64,000 nucleotides of DNA, taken from IMG/VR virus record IMGVR_UViG_3300017917_004441, positions 1-64,000 of that record. The stretch is one strand, 5' to 3'. Both the position numbers and the translations under genes were made by a program. This stretch comes from a virus. Shown piece by piece: positions 1 to 8,214 of the stretch (the first letter of the stretch is position 1; every line of letters begins with the position of its first letter). Under the pieces are notes generated by a model. That model did not search any database. It had not been told where the DNA came from and saw only the letters and a program-made list of their open reading frames with translations.

Positions 1-1
1 C

Positions 2-121
2 AACTTTACTCCTATCAAGGGTATCATGACACGTTACGCTAAGAAAATGGTTAACAACCGTTTCTACGGACGTATCACAGTTGATGGTGTTAGAACATTC
101 AACTTGGACGAATTGAGATAA
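2..121 (+). CDS. C-terminus of T4 gp23-like major capsid protein (partial, 5' end outside window)
   Basis: Frame 2 reads NFTPIKGIMTRYAKKMVNNRFYGRITVDGVRTFNLDELR*. The F-x-P-x-x-G-x-x-TRY motif is typical of gp23-family capsid C-termini, and a strong terminator follows. Confidence 0.85.
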   Translation, partial: NFTPIKGIMTRYAKKMVNNRFYGRITVDGVRTFNLDELR

Positions 122-140
122 TAATCTCAATTATTACACT

Positions 141-168
141 AAGGGAGGGTAGTTTACCCTCCCTTTTT
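141..168 (+). terminator. Rho-independent terminator after major capsid gene
   Basis: AAGGGAGGGTA-GTT-TACCCTCCCTT 11-bp stem followed by a T-tract. Confidence 0.9.
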
Positions 169-179
169 ATTTTAACGGA

Positions 180-187
180 TATTTATA
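180..187 (+). promoter_or_regulatory. Putative late promoter TATTTATA
   Basis: Motif 13 nt upstream of ATG 201; the same motif precedes most structural genes. Confidence 0.65.
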
Positions 188-200
188 GGAAAAGTAAATA

Positions 201-527
201 ATGTCCACAGCTTGTGTTTGTAGAAGGGTAGGTATACAAAATTTGATGCCATCAAAAACTTTGGTGATCAACTATAGTCGTTGCTCAGATGAATTAGTGG
301 TTTCTAATTACCCTATAAGACCAGGCGAAACAAGGGATATATGGTATATAGTCGGTACTTTTAGTACCGCATCACCACCATCATCCTACCAAGAAATTGA
401 CTACACGTTATGGCCTGAGGGTTGTGACGTTACACCTACACCTGAAGTCATTACCTATTTCATATTGTACGAAAATGGTAACATTATGACAGCGCAGAAT
501 AACAATGGTATAGAATACCAATATTAA
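201..527 (+). CDS. Small putative virion protein (Cys module; C-terminal ILYENG motif)
   Basis: 108-aa ORF after the late-promoter motif, directly upstream of the collagen-like gene. Confidence 0.6.
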   Translation: MSTACVCRRVGIQNLMPSKTLVINYSRCSDELVVSNYPIRPGETRDIWYIVGTFSTASPPSSYQEIDYTLWPEGCDVTPTPEVITYFILYENGNIMTAQNNNGIEYQY

Positions 528-541
528 AAATTATTATTACA

Positions 542-2938
542 ATGGCAAACCAAAAAATTTCACAATTACCAATATATTCAGGAAGTACTGCCGGTACTTG
601 GTTGGTTTTGAATGATTCTTCAGAAACAACCACCTACAAAGTTTTGACCACAGACATTGCTGGTACTTCAGGAACAAGTGGTACCTCAGGTTTGTCAGGT
701 ACCTCGGGTAGTTCTGGTACTTCAGGAACTTCGGGTATAAATGGTACTAATGGAACAAGTGGTTCTTCAGGTACTTCTGGTGTGTCAGGTACTTCAGGTA
801 GTTCTGGCTCATCAGGTACTTCTGGCTCATCAGGTACATCAGGTGTGAATGGAACAAATGGGACAAGTGGTTCTTCAGGTACTAATGGTACTTCGGGTTC
901 ATCAGGTAGTTCAGGTACATCCGGTCTGTCAGGTACTTCAGGTAGTTCTGGATTTTCGGGTACTTCAGGTGTTAATGGTACGAATGGAACAAGTGGTTCT
1001 TCGGGTACTAACGGTACTTCGGGTTCATCGGGAACTTCAGGTTCTTCGGGTTCATCAGGAACGAATGGTACATCTGGATCAAGTGGAACATCTGGTTCGT
1101 CAGGTTCATCAGGGACAAATGGTACTTCTGGATCAAGTGGAACCTCTGGGTCTTCTGGCACATCTGGCTCTTCAGGTTCTTCAGGTTCTTCTGGTTCATC
1201 AGGTACAAATGGTACCTCCGGTTCTAGTGGGACATCGGGATCCAATGGTACTTCAGGATCTAGTGGGTCCTCTGGAACCAGTGGGACATCAGGATCTTCG
1301 GGTAGTAGTGGATCGTCAGGTACAAATGGTACTTCAGGTTCTTCAGGTTCATCAGGAACTTCAGGTTCTTCAGGTACTTCAGGATCATCAGGCATCAATG
1401 GTACTTCGGGATCAAGTGGTACATCAGGAAGTAGTGGTTCATCAGGTACAAATGGAACTTCAGGATCAAGTGGATCTTCAGGGACTTCAGGTTCATCAGG
1501 AACCTCAGGTTCCTCGGGTACTAATGGAGTGAATGGAACGAGTGGTTCATCTGGTACTTCAGGTTCGAGTGGTTCATCTGGAACTAATGGTACTTCTGGA
1601 TCTAGTGGGACTTCAGGTTCTTCTGGATCATCAGGTTTGAGTGGAACTTCAGGTTCTTCTGGATCATCTGGAACATCGGGATCAAGTGGTTCGTCTGGAA
1701 CTAATGGTACATCAGGTTCGAGTGGAACTTCAGGTTCATCAGGAACAAGTGGAACTAGCGGTTCATCAGGTATAAATGGTACCTCGGGTACATCCGGGTC
1801 TAGTGGTTCATCAGGAACCTCAGGTACTTCAGGATCAAATGGTTCTTCAGGTACATCAGGTTCATCTGGTGCTAATGGTACAAGTGGTACAAGTGGTTCA
1901 TCAGGTGCAAATGGTACAAGTGGTACCAGTGGATCCTCAGGATCAAGTGGTTCTTCAGGTACATCAGGTTCATCTGGTGCTAATGGTACAAGTGGTACCA
2001 GTGGATCCTCAGGATCGAGTGGTTCTTCAGGTACATCAGGTTCATCTGGTGCTAATGGTACAAGTGGTACCAGTGGATCCTCAGGATCAAGTGGTTCTTC
2101 AGGTACATCAGGTTCATCTGGTTCTTCAGGATCTTCAGGATCTTCTGGAACATCAGGTTCAAGTGGAACAAGTGGATCGTCAGGTTCAAGTGGTTCTTCA
2201 GGAACATCAGGTTCAAGTGGTTCTTCGGGTGTGAACGGTGCAAATGGAACTTCGGGTTCTTCAGGGTCTAGTGGTTCCTCAGGGACTAGTGGTACATCGG
2301 GATCAAGTGGTTCTTCAGGGTCTAGTGGTTCCTCAGGTGTGAACGGTGCGAATGGAACTTCAGGTTCTTCAGGTTCTAGTGGATCGTCAGGTTCTAGCGG
2401 AACATCAGGATCGAGTGGATCTTCAGGATCCTCAGGTGTTAATGGTGCTAATGGAACTTCAGGTTCCTCAGGGTCTAGTGGGTCATCAGGTACAAGCGGA
2501 ACATCAGGTATTAACGGTCAATTTGTGGGTAATCCATATGATGGAATTGCAATAAATGCAATACCAGCAACTAAAACTTATTCGAGTTTTATCACAAACA
2601 ATTCAATTACCGATGCGTTTGTTGTAATTCCGAGCGATCTTGATGGTTGGTATGTTGTCTATGTTATCGCTTCATTCGGTGAGGGAGTTTCAAGCGTGAA
2701 TTGTGACATGGAAATTGAACAAAGGAATCAAAGTTTTGCTGTAACGTCTTACATTCCTTATGTCCACACATCAGGTGATAGGGTAGTTGGTTTTGCTTGG
2801 CCACAAGGAGCAGAAAGTCCTTTTCAGGTTACAGTGGGAAATACTTTGAATGTAAATGTTCAACAAGGAGGTGTAGCACCTGGCGGTGAAGCTGCTGGAT
2901 ATACTGTTACATTAACTTTAGCTGAAAGTCCCTCTTGA
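542..2938 (+). CDS. Collagen-like (Gly-X-Y) Ser/Thr-rich fibre/decoration protein with C-terminal globular domain
   Basis: About 620 residues of continuous G-T-S/G-S-S/G-T-N triplets; N-terminal KISQLP motif; about 135-aa beta-rich C-terminal domain. Confidence 0.85.
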   Translation: MANQKISQLPIYSGSTAGTWLVLNDSSETTTYKVLTTDIAGTSGTSGTSGLSGTSGSSGTSGTSGINGTNGTSGSSGTSGVSGTSGSSGSSGTSGSSGTSGVNGTNGTSGSSGTNGTSGSSGSSGTSGLSGTSGSSGFSGTSGVNGTNGTSGSSGTNGTSGSSGTSGSSGSSGTNGTSGSSGTSGSSGSSGTNGTSGSSGTSGSSGTSGSSGSSGSSGSSGTNGTSGSSGTSGSNGTSGSSGSSGTSGTSGSSGSSGSSGTNGTSGSSGSSGTSGSSGTSGSSGINGTSGSSGTSGSSGSSGTNGTSGSSGSSGTSGSSGTSGSSGTNGVNGTSGSSGTSGSSGSSGTNGTSGSSGTSGSSGSSGLSGTSGSSGSSGTSGSSGSSGTNGTSGSSGTSGSSGTSGTSGSSGINGTSGTSGSSGSSGTSGTSGSNGSSGTSGSSGANGTSGTSGSSGANGTSGTSGSSGSSGSSGTSGSSGANGTSGTSGSSGSSGSSGTSGSSGANGTSGTSGSSGSSGSSGTSGSSGSSGSSGSSGTSGSSGTSGSSGSSGSSGTSGSSGSSGVNGANGTSGSSGSSGSSGTSGTSGSSGSSGSSGSSGVNGANGTSGSSGSSGSSGSSGTSGSSGSSGSSGVNGANGTSGSSGSSGSSGTSGTSGINGQFVGNPYDGIAINAIPATKTYSSFITNNSITDAFVVIPSDLDGWYVVYVIASFGEGVSSVNCDMEIEQRNQSFAVTSYIPYVHTSGDRVVGFAWPQGAESPFQVTVGNTLNVNVQQGGVAPGGEAAGYTVTLTLAESPS
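1910..2122 (+). repeat. About 3 near-identical 72-nt tandem repeats within the collagen-like gene
   Basis: Unit ggtacaagtggtaccagtggatcctcaggatc(a/g)agtggttcttcaggtacatcaggttcatctggtgctaat repeated. Confidence 0.85.
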
Positions 2939-2969
2939 TTTTTATTGAGAAAACCCGAATATATATAAT

Positions 2970-4082
2970 ATGAGAACAGTATTTGCAAAAAACTTCATCC
3001 CACCAACACCATCGGTTACACCAACTCTGACGGTGACACAAACCCCTACACCTACAACACCCTTAGCACTGTATGAGATTGAGGTTTGTGGTAGCCGTAC
3101 TACGTATGTTGTAAACAGTCCGTTTATCAATTTGGGACTTGGCGGAGGGGTTTATGCATTACAATTTGGTTTGGGTGTTGTACCGAATGGATGTTATACA
3201 ATACTTGGTCCATCAGAATCTGCAACATATGATGCAACTGTAAGAGGTGCTACTGATTACAGTGATTCGGAGAATCCATGTCTTGATTGTCAAGGTGGTG
3301 CGACGCCCACACCAACACCAACAAGAACAGCTACACCAACTAGAACACCAACAGTTACACCCACCAAAACTGTCACACCAACAATTACTGTAACTAGAAC
3401 AAAGACACCAACACCAACTCCAACTCCGACTGGTGCATGTAGTTGTAATAGTAGTATCCCATGTAACCCAGGGAGTGGATATAATTTTACCATCAAACAA
3501 GTGATTGGCGGTTCTACGTCAAATGCTTTGTGGCAGAATATTTCCGAATGGGAAACATGGCTTGGTTGGAGACCATGGAGTTTTGGTGGTGGTGAAATTT
3601 GTCCTAGCAATCCAGGTGGTATTGCGTTTATTAGTCAGAATAAACCAAATACAAATACTGCTAATGGAGTTGAAGAAATCACCTCATCAGGCACCTATTA
3701 TAATAGATGTTTTCTTGTTGTTGTTGGGTTTAGATATGTACAAGCCGGTGCTACTCCAAGTAGTAACCTAAGACTTTCAGTTGGTACTGGTTATGGTGAC
3801 TGTAGTTATGGAGTGTTTAACATCCCAACACCAGTTAGTGGTCAGTACTATTCATTCCAATGTCAGATACCTAACATGACAGCAGCTAATCTTGTAATCG
3901 GACTATATACACCTATTTATAGCCCATATAATCAATGTTTTTCGCCTGGTTCATTATCTTGTTGTTATACAACCGCTCAAGGTTCTACGAACTATGTTTG
4001 TCCTCCCGGTATATGTTTTACAAGCCCGACTGGTTGTGACCCAAATTGGCAAGGTTTTTGTCCTTTAGGTGACGGGTGTTAA
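2970..4082 (+). CDS. Pro/Thr-repeat, Cys-rich putative virion surface protein
   Basis: Two TPTPT-type linkers separate Cys-rich domains. Confidence 0.7.
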   Translation: MRTVFAKNFIPPTPSVTPTLTVTQTPTPTTPLALYEIEVCGSRTTYVVNSPFINLGLGGGVYALQFGLGVVPNGCYTILGPSESATYDATVRGATDYSDSENPCLDCQGGATPTPTPTRTATPTRTPTVTPTKTVTPTITVTRTKTPTPTPTPTGACSCNSSIPCNPGSGYNFTIKQVIGGSTSNALWQNISEWETWLGWRPWSFGGGEICPSNPGGIAFISQNKPNTNTANGVEEITSSGTYYNRCFLVVVGFRYVQAGATPSSNLRLSVGTGYGDCSYGVFNIPTPVSGQYYSFQCQIPNMTAANLVIGLYTPIYSPYNQCFSPGSLSCCYTTAQGSTNYVCPPGICFTSPTGCDPNWQGFCPLGDGC

Positions 4083-4104
4083 GGTGGTAATATATTTATT
4101 GTTT

Positions 4105-4464
4105 ATGAAAAAAATTTGGAATTTTATAAAAAAACTTTTTGGTCTAAAGTCAAAGATGACAACCACAACTACAACTCGTTGGATTGTATATCCTCAACCG
4201 ACACCACCAACTTTGGATAAAGTATATTCACACAATGTCAATGGGGTTGAGGAAGATTTGGGTAAAATCTGTAGTACTGGTGTTATAAGTATTTATTCTG
4301 ATTGTAAAACACTAAATATGGGTTGTTTCGTTTGTGCGGATCCACAGGCGAATGACTTTACAACTTTAGCAGGTAAGTATTTCCACGATTATTCAAATGA
4401 CGTGGTTTACTACGTACAGGAAGTCGACGGAATGATTTTTAACGTAGGAAGTTGTAATTTATAA
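4105..4464 (+). CDS. Hypothetical protein (amphipathic N-terminus MKKIWNFIKKLFG, Thr run, Cys domain)
   Basis: Start moved to ATG 4105, which follows TATTTATT at 4093-4100. Confidence 0.6.
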   Translation: MKKIWNFIKKLFGLKSKMTTTTTTRWIVYPQPTPPTLDKVYSHNVNGVEEDLGKICSTGVISIYSDCKTLNMGCFVCADPQANDFTTLAGKYFHDYSNDVVYYVQEVDGMIFNVGSCNL

Positions 4465-4671
4465 TTTCCGAATAAGTCGAGAAACCATCTCACTTTCTAA
4501 TAAATTCAGACATCCTCTCCTGTGTGCGGATGCTAATGCCAAAGTTGTAATATACTTTACTTGTTCAGGTGAAAGGTTGTCAAAAAGATTGTTAATATCT
4601 TCTTCGTTAGTAAATTGTATTGTGTCGAATAATTCTCCGATAATTTCTGTGTTTTTTTCTTGGTTTTCCAT
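4459..4671 (-). CDS. Hypothetical protein
   Basis: 70-aa ORF with plausible composition that fills the gap. Confidence 0.6.
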   Translation of the reverse strand: MENQEKNTEIIGELFDTIQFTNEEDINNLFDNLSPEQVKYITTLALASAHRRGCLNLLESEMVSRLIRKL

Positions 4672-4716
4672 AACAATAAGGTCTGTTGCTCTATTTATAG
4701 CAAGTATCGTAAAAAA

Positions 4717-5283
4717 ATGGAAAAAAACAACTTACAACAAAGAATAAAAGAAGATTTGGCGGTTTGGTTTGGTACCAAAAAGAAACCCAAAGGTAGTAAG
4801 CAACCTAAGGGTCCATGGGTTAATATTTGTCGTAAGGTAGATGGTAAACATCCACCATGTGGAAGAGATAACACCGATAAGGGCGGTTATCCAAAATGTC
4901 GTGCAGCAGGAGTTGCGGGTAAAATGTCCGATTCACAAAAAAAGGCCGCTTGTGCACAAAAAAGAAGAGCAGAGAAAAAAGATACCCAAACAGGTAAGGG
5001 TCAAAAACCTGTAATGACATCATATAAACCCAAGAAAAAAACTAACGAAGGAATGAGACAACTAATTAAGTCCATTCTCAAAGAAACTGTTGAAAAAAAT
5101 GATATGATAGATTTAGGACGTTTGGTAGAATTGGAACATACCAACGATCCTAAAAAGGCAGAACAAATCGCTGCTGATCATCTTAGAGAAAATCCAAGAT
5201 ACTATTGTGTGTTATTTAGAATCGGACTAATCGATGAGAAGGACGCAGAACAACTAGCCTCTAAGATTTGCCCCTCAATCTAA
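4717..5283 (+). CDS. DUF5872-like (WF...WV..CGR...YPKCR) plus DUF5661-like (VELEHT...IAADHLRENPRYY) two-domain protein
   Basis: Motifs recognised by eye; start moved to ATG 4717 after TATTTATA at 4692-4699. Confidence 0.6.
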   Translation: MEKNNLQQRIKEDLAVWFGTKKKPKGSKQPKGPWVNICRKVDGKHPPCGRDNTDKGGYPKCRAAGVAGKMSDSQKKAACAQKRRAEKKDTQTGKGQKPVMTSYKPKKKTNEGMRQLIKSILKETVEKNDMIDLGRLVELEHTNDPKKAEQIAADHLRENPRYYCVLFRIGLIDEKDAEQLASKICPSI

Positions 5284-5682
5284 ATTTACTGAAATATCCC
5301 GTAGGGAATGTTTGATGTTGGAGGATATTTCATCCTCCATTTTTTTTCTTTGTTTTTCCACGGTGGAATTAAAAACGTCCGTAACATCTTTGATTGACTT
5401 ATCGGACATTGGAACCACATAAGAATATTTGTGATTGATCACCTTAATTAGGTTACCCTCAATTGTAATGAAAATACCCATACTGTCATTTTTGATATAT
5501 CTCTTGTTTGACAATGGTGTAAGTAAAAGTGTTGAATCTGAACGTTGAATGAGTTTTTTACAAATCTTCAAACAATCAAGTTCGTATTCACTTTGTTTTT
5601 CACGACCATAGTCAATTGCCTTGATAACGTAAATGACATACGACTGTAACCAACGACGGAATTTATGGGAGATAGATTTCAT
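5275..5682 (-). CDS. Hypothetical protein
   Basis: Likely start MKSISHK just downstream of a Bacteroidota-type promoter. Confidence 0.65.
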   Translation of the reverse strand: MKSISHKFRRWLQSYVIYVIKAIDYGREKQSEYELDCLKICKKLIQRSDSTLLLTPLSNKRYIKNDSMGIFITIEGNLIKVINHKYSYVVPMSDKSIKDVTDVFNSTVEKQRKKMEDEISSNIKHSLRDISVNLD

Positions 5683-5686
5683 ATTG

Positions 5687-5717
5687 CAAATATACAACTA
5701 ATTCTGATTAATACAAA
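5687..5717 (-). promoter_or_regulatory. Bacteroidota-type housekeeping promoter (-33 TTTG / -7 TAnnTTTG)
   Basis: Minus strand reads TTTG (5717-5714), 19 nt, TATATTTG (5694-5687), then ATG at 5682. Confidence 0.65.
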
Positions 5718-5725
5718 TAAATAGA

Positions 5726-6217
5726 TTATTTTCTATTTAGTAGTAACTCCAAAAAATTGGTCCACGTCTCAATATCATTTTCATTACGGCCAATATTAGC
5801 TGAATAAGATGATAAAACCACATTTCCTTTAATGTATCCCAAATTACGATCTAATCTATCTAATGATGGTTGTTGAGGATGTTTTTTATTTTGAGACACT
5901 ACTAGTGGTACTTTATACCAATAGCATAGTCCATTTTGTTTTTTAAACATTTCATCAATATCTGACAGAGTCAAAGTATTTTCAAAACCTCGGTATTTTG
6001 AATCATGTAGTAAGGTGTTTTGCCACAGCCTAACCCTTCGTTCTTTTTGTTTTTTTGACTCTAATTGTCTGAATTCAGGATTTTTTCTACAATTTCTTTT
6101 ATAGTCTCTCGTTTGTTGTAAAAAACATTGTTTACAAGTGTTACCCCTTTGACTTTTATAAAATTCATCTTCAGATTTCTCCAAACCACATTTATTACAT
6201 TTTTTTTGTTTTCCCAT
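5726..6217 (-). CDS. Free-standing HNH-like (beta-beta-alpha-Me) homing endonuclease with N-terminal CxxC..CxxC
   Basis: KKCNKC...CKQC; QNGLCY; PSLDRLDRNLGYIKGNVV...N motif. Confidence 0.75.
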   Translation of the reverse strand: MGKQKKCNKCGLEKSEDEFYKSQRGNTCKQCFLQQTRDYKRNCRKNPEFRQLESKKQKERRVRLWQNTLLHDSKYRGFENTLTLSDIDEMFKKQNGLCYWYKVPLVVSQNKKHPQQPSLDRLDRNLGYIKGNVVLSSYSANIGRNENDIETWTNFLELLLNRK

Positions 6218-6268
6218 ACAAATAAATATACGGGAAAACTTAAAAATAAAAAAAGGTTTCCCTTTTTA

Positions 6269-6736
6269 TTAACAATACGACCCTGAACAACGTTTTTTTC
6301 CGTCATTACCTGGCATCTTTCCTTTACAAACTTGTACGGCATACCCATTTGAATATGCTGAGGGATATACGTCATATTTGGCTTTTGCCGCCGCTACACC
6401 TCTTGCACAAAGTTTGTTTTTCTTTTTCTTTTTGGCTTCCTCTATCTCTTCAGATTCGGATAGTGTTTCTTCAGAGGATAGTTCATTCATGAAAAACTCG
6501 TAGACATGATCTAAATTTTCTTTAGCCTTTGAAATATGATCGTCAGCCCAATCGTGTCCATTTTGAATTAGTTGATCAATGTACTCAGGTTGAATACTCA
6601 TCAAATCATCAATTTGTCTTTTCATCTGTTCCAAATTTCCAAAGAACATGTAGTTTTCGGTTTCTCTTTGTTCTACTAATTTTTGTTTGATCAATTCAAG
6701 TAGATCGGATTCTTTCAGTTTAATTACTTTTCTCAT
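6269..6736 (-). CDS. Putative internal head protein with basic AKAKYDVYPSAYSNGYAV (DUF5872-related) module
   Basis: Leader MRKVIKLKESDLLELIKQKLVEQ; HDWADDHI segment; basic Cys-containing C-terminus. Confidence 0.6.
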   Translation of the reverse strand: MRKVIKLKESDLLELIKQKLVEQRETENYMFFGNLEQMKRQIDDLMSIQPEYIDQLIQNGHDWADDHISKAKENLDHVYEFFMNELSSEETLSESEEIEEAKKKKKNKLCARGVAAAKAKYDVYPSAYSNGYAVQVCKGKMPGNDGKKRCSGSYC

Positions 6737-8193
6737 TTTGAATTTACTATTTGGAACATCAATACTCTCTTATAAGTATCTTTCTCACCACTGGAATTCA
6801 CTTGAATGTCCACGTAGTATTGATTGGGAATCTTATCTCTTGTGTCAAATATGAAATAATACTCGTTTGGAGTTCTGTTAATTGGTGTCCAATCTTGGAC
6901 AATTACCTCTGTTTGACCCTCTCTGACATAAACACGATAGAAGGCTTCAATATTCTGAAGAACAAACTGTGAAGTATATGCCTTCTTAATCGTAACCATT
7001 ACCTTTCTTACATCAGTGTTGTATATCTTTTCATTTTGTTTGATACCACTGAAATCAAATCCGTAAAGGACAGGATCTTTAGATTGAATACCTATGGTAT
7101 AATAAGACGAGCTGTTCTGTAGAATAAAGTTGTTCTCAACATCAGGTAAAGCATTTCCATCTTTTACTAATGATGTCCAAACATCTGAGAACTGACATGG
7201 AGTTGAGAAACCTGTTAAAGGAGGGACCGATACCTCATAAACTCCTTTGGTTCTAAGACAAGTAGTCAATCCTGTTGCATATGGAATTGGAAGTCCATCA
7301 GGGTCAAGAATATCAACCACGGGATTACTATCCAAATTTACAAAGTCTCCATTAGCAAAGGCGTATAAATAAAGTTTGTTTGTTCTGTTCACAACAAAAG
7401 TGTTACGATCATCCTCAATCAAATCATCGTAATCTGTTTGTAAGAAAGGTTGATAGAATGTTTGAGTATGTCTTGTAAAATATCCTACTGAGTAGGTCTC
7501 AGTCAAACCTGTAATATTTTCAATCTCAGGTACATAAGCAATACCCCACCCCGTAGTTCCCGTTAATCCACTGAATAGAATTGCGTTTATTTCGTTTGTC
7601 ATGTCAAACTCAATGTCTTCATTACCAAACTCAAAATGTTTTCTGTCTACAATCGTAAGACCCGAATAGTTTAGTGATGAAGTTGGACTCAAGTTTCTAT
7701 TACTGTAGGTACCAGGTTCAGGCCAATCTGTTATGGTAGTAGTTTGATACCAGTTAGAAGGTCTTGTACTAAAAGCTCTGTTATTTGAAAACTGAGCAAT
7801 GGCTAAATCATCTACAAAATCATAGCCAACACCCTCATCCCATGTTTGTCCTGTCAAAGGAATACGATAAAGGACAAGATCAAATGATGTTGCTCTTCCT
7901 GAACCATCAGACGCGTTGGTGTTGAGTAACTCTTGATCAAAACTACTTGTGTTAGTCATGACCAAAGTGTGTGTCATACCTGATGTACAACCTGTAGCAA
8001 TTTCAGTTGTCGCTAATTTTTGTCTTAGTAAACCCAAGTCCAAATCAAAGATAAAACGTGTAAAACCATTTGGGGTTGATATGTTTAAACCTTGACCGAA
8101 AAATAATTGTGTCACGGGGTTTCTCCCCGTGTTCACAAAACTGTTGAACTCAATAGTATTGTTCTTGCTAAAATATGACCTGAGTATAGACAT
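6733..8193 (-). CDS. Putative virion structural protein
   Basis: 486-aa beta-rich ORF; late motif at 8207-8214 (TATTTATA on minus strand). Confidence 0.6.
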   Translation of the reverse strand: MSILRSYFSKNNTIEFNSFVNTGRNPVTQLFFGQGLNISTPNGFTRFIFDLDLGLLRQKLATTEIATGCTSGMTHTLVMTNTSSFDQELLNTNASDGSGRATSFDLVLYRIPLTGQTWDEGVGYDFVDDLAIAQFSNNRAFSTRPSNWYQTTTITDWPEPGTYSNRNLSPTSSLNYSGLTIVDRKHFEFGNEDIEFDMTNEINAILFSGLTGTTGWGIAYVPEIENITGLTETYSVGYFTRHTQTFYQPFLQTDYDDLIEDDRNTFVVNRTNKLYLYAFANGDFVNLDSNPVVDILDPDGLPIPYATGLTTCLRTKGVYEVSVPPLTGFSTPCQFSDVWTSLVKDGNALPDVENNFILQNSSSYYTIGIQSKDPVLYGFDFSGIKQNEKIYNTDVRKVMVTIKKAYTSQFVLQNIEAFYRVYVREGQTEVIVQDWTPINRTPNEYYFIFDTRDKIPNQYYVDIQVNSSGEKDTYKRVLMFQIVNSK

Positions 8194-8214
8194 TGATACT
8201 TTTAAATATAAATA

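Noticed and set aside
660-2520. Possible CRISPR array or DGR template suggested by the repeats
   Set aside because: The repeats are in-frame coding with synonymous variation. There are no unique spacers and no reverse transcriptase nearby.
634-2555. Long Pro/Glu-rich antisense ORF (634-1398) and Val/Gln-rich alternative-frame ORFs
   Set aside because: These are shadows of the GGN-TCN/ACN collagen-like repeat, which lacks stops in other frames.
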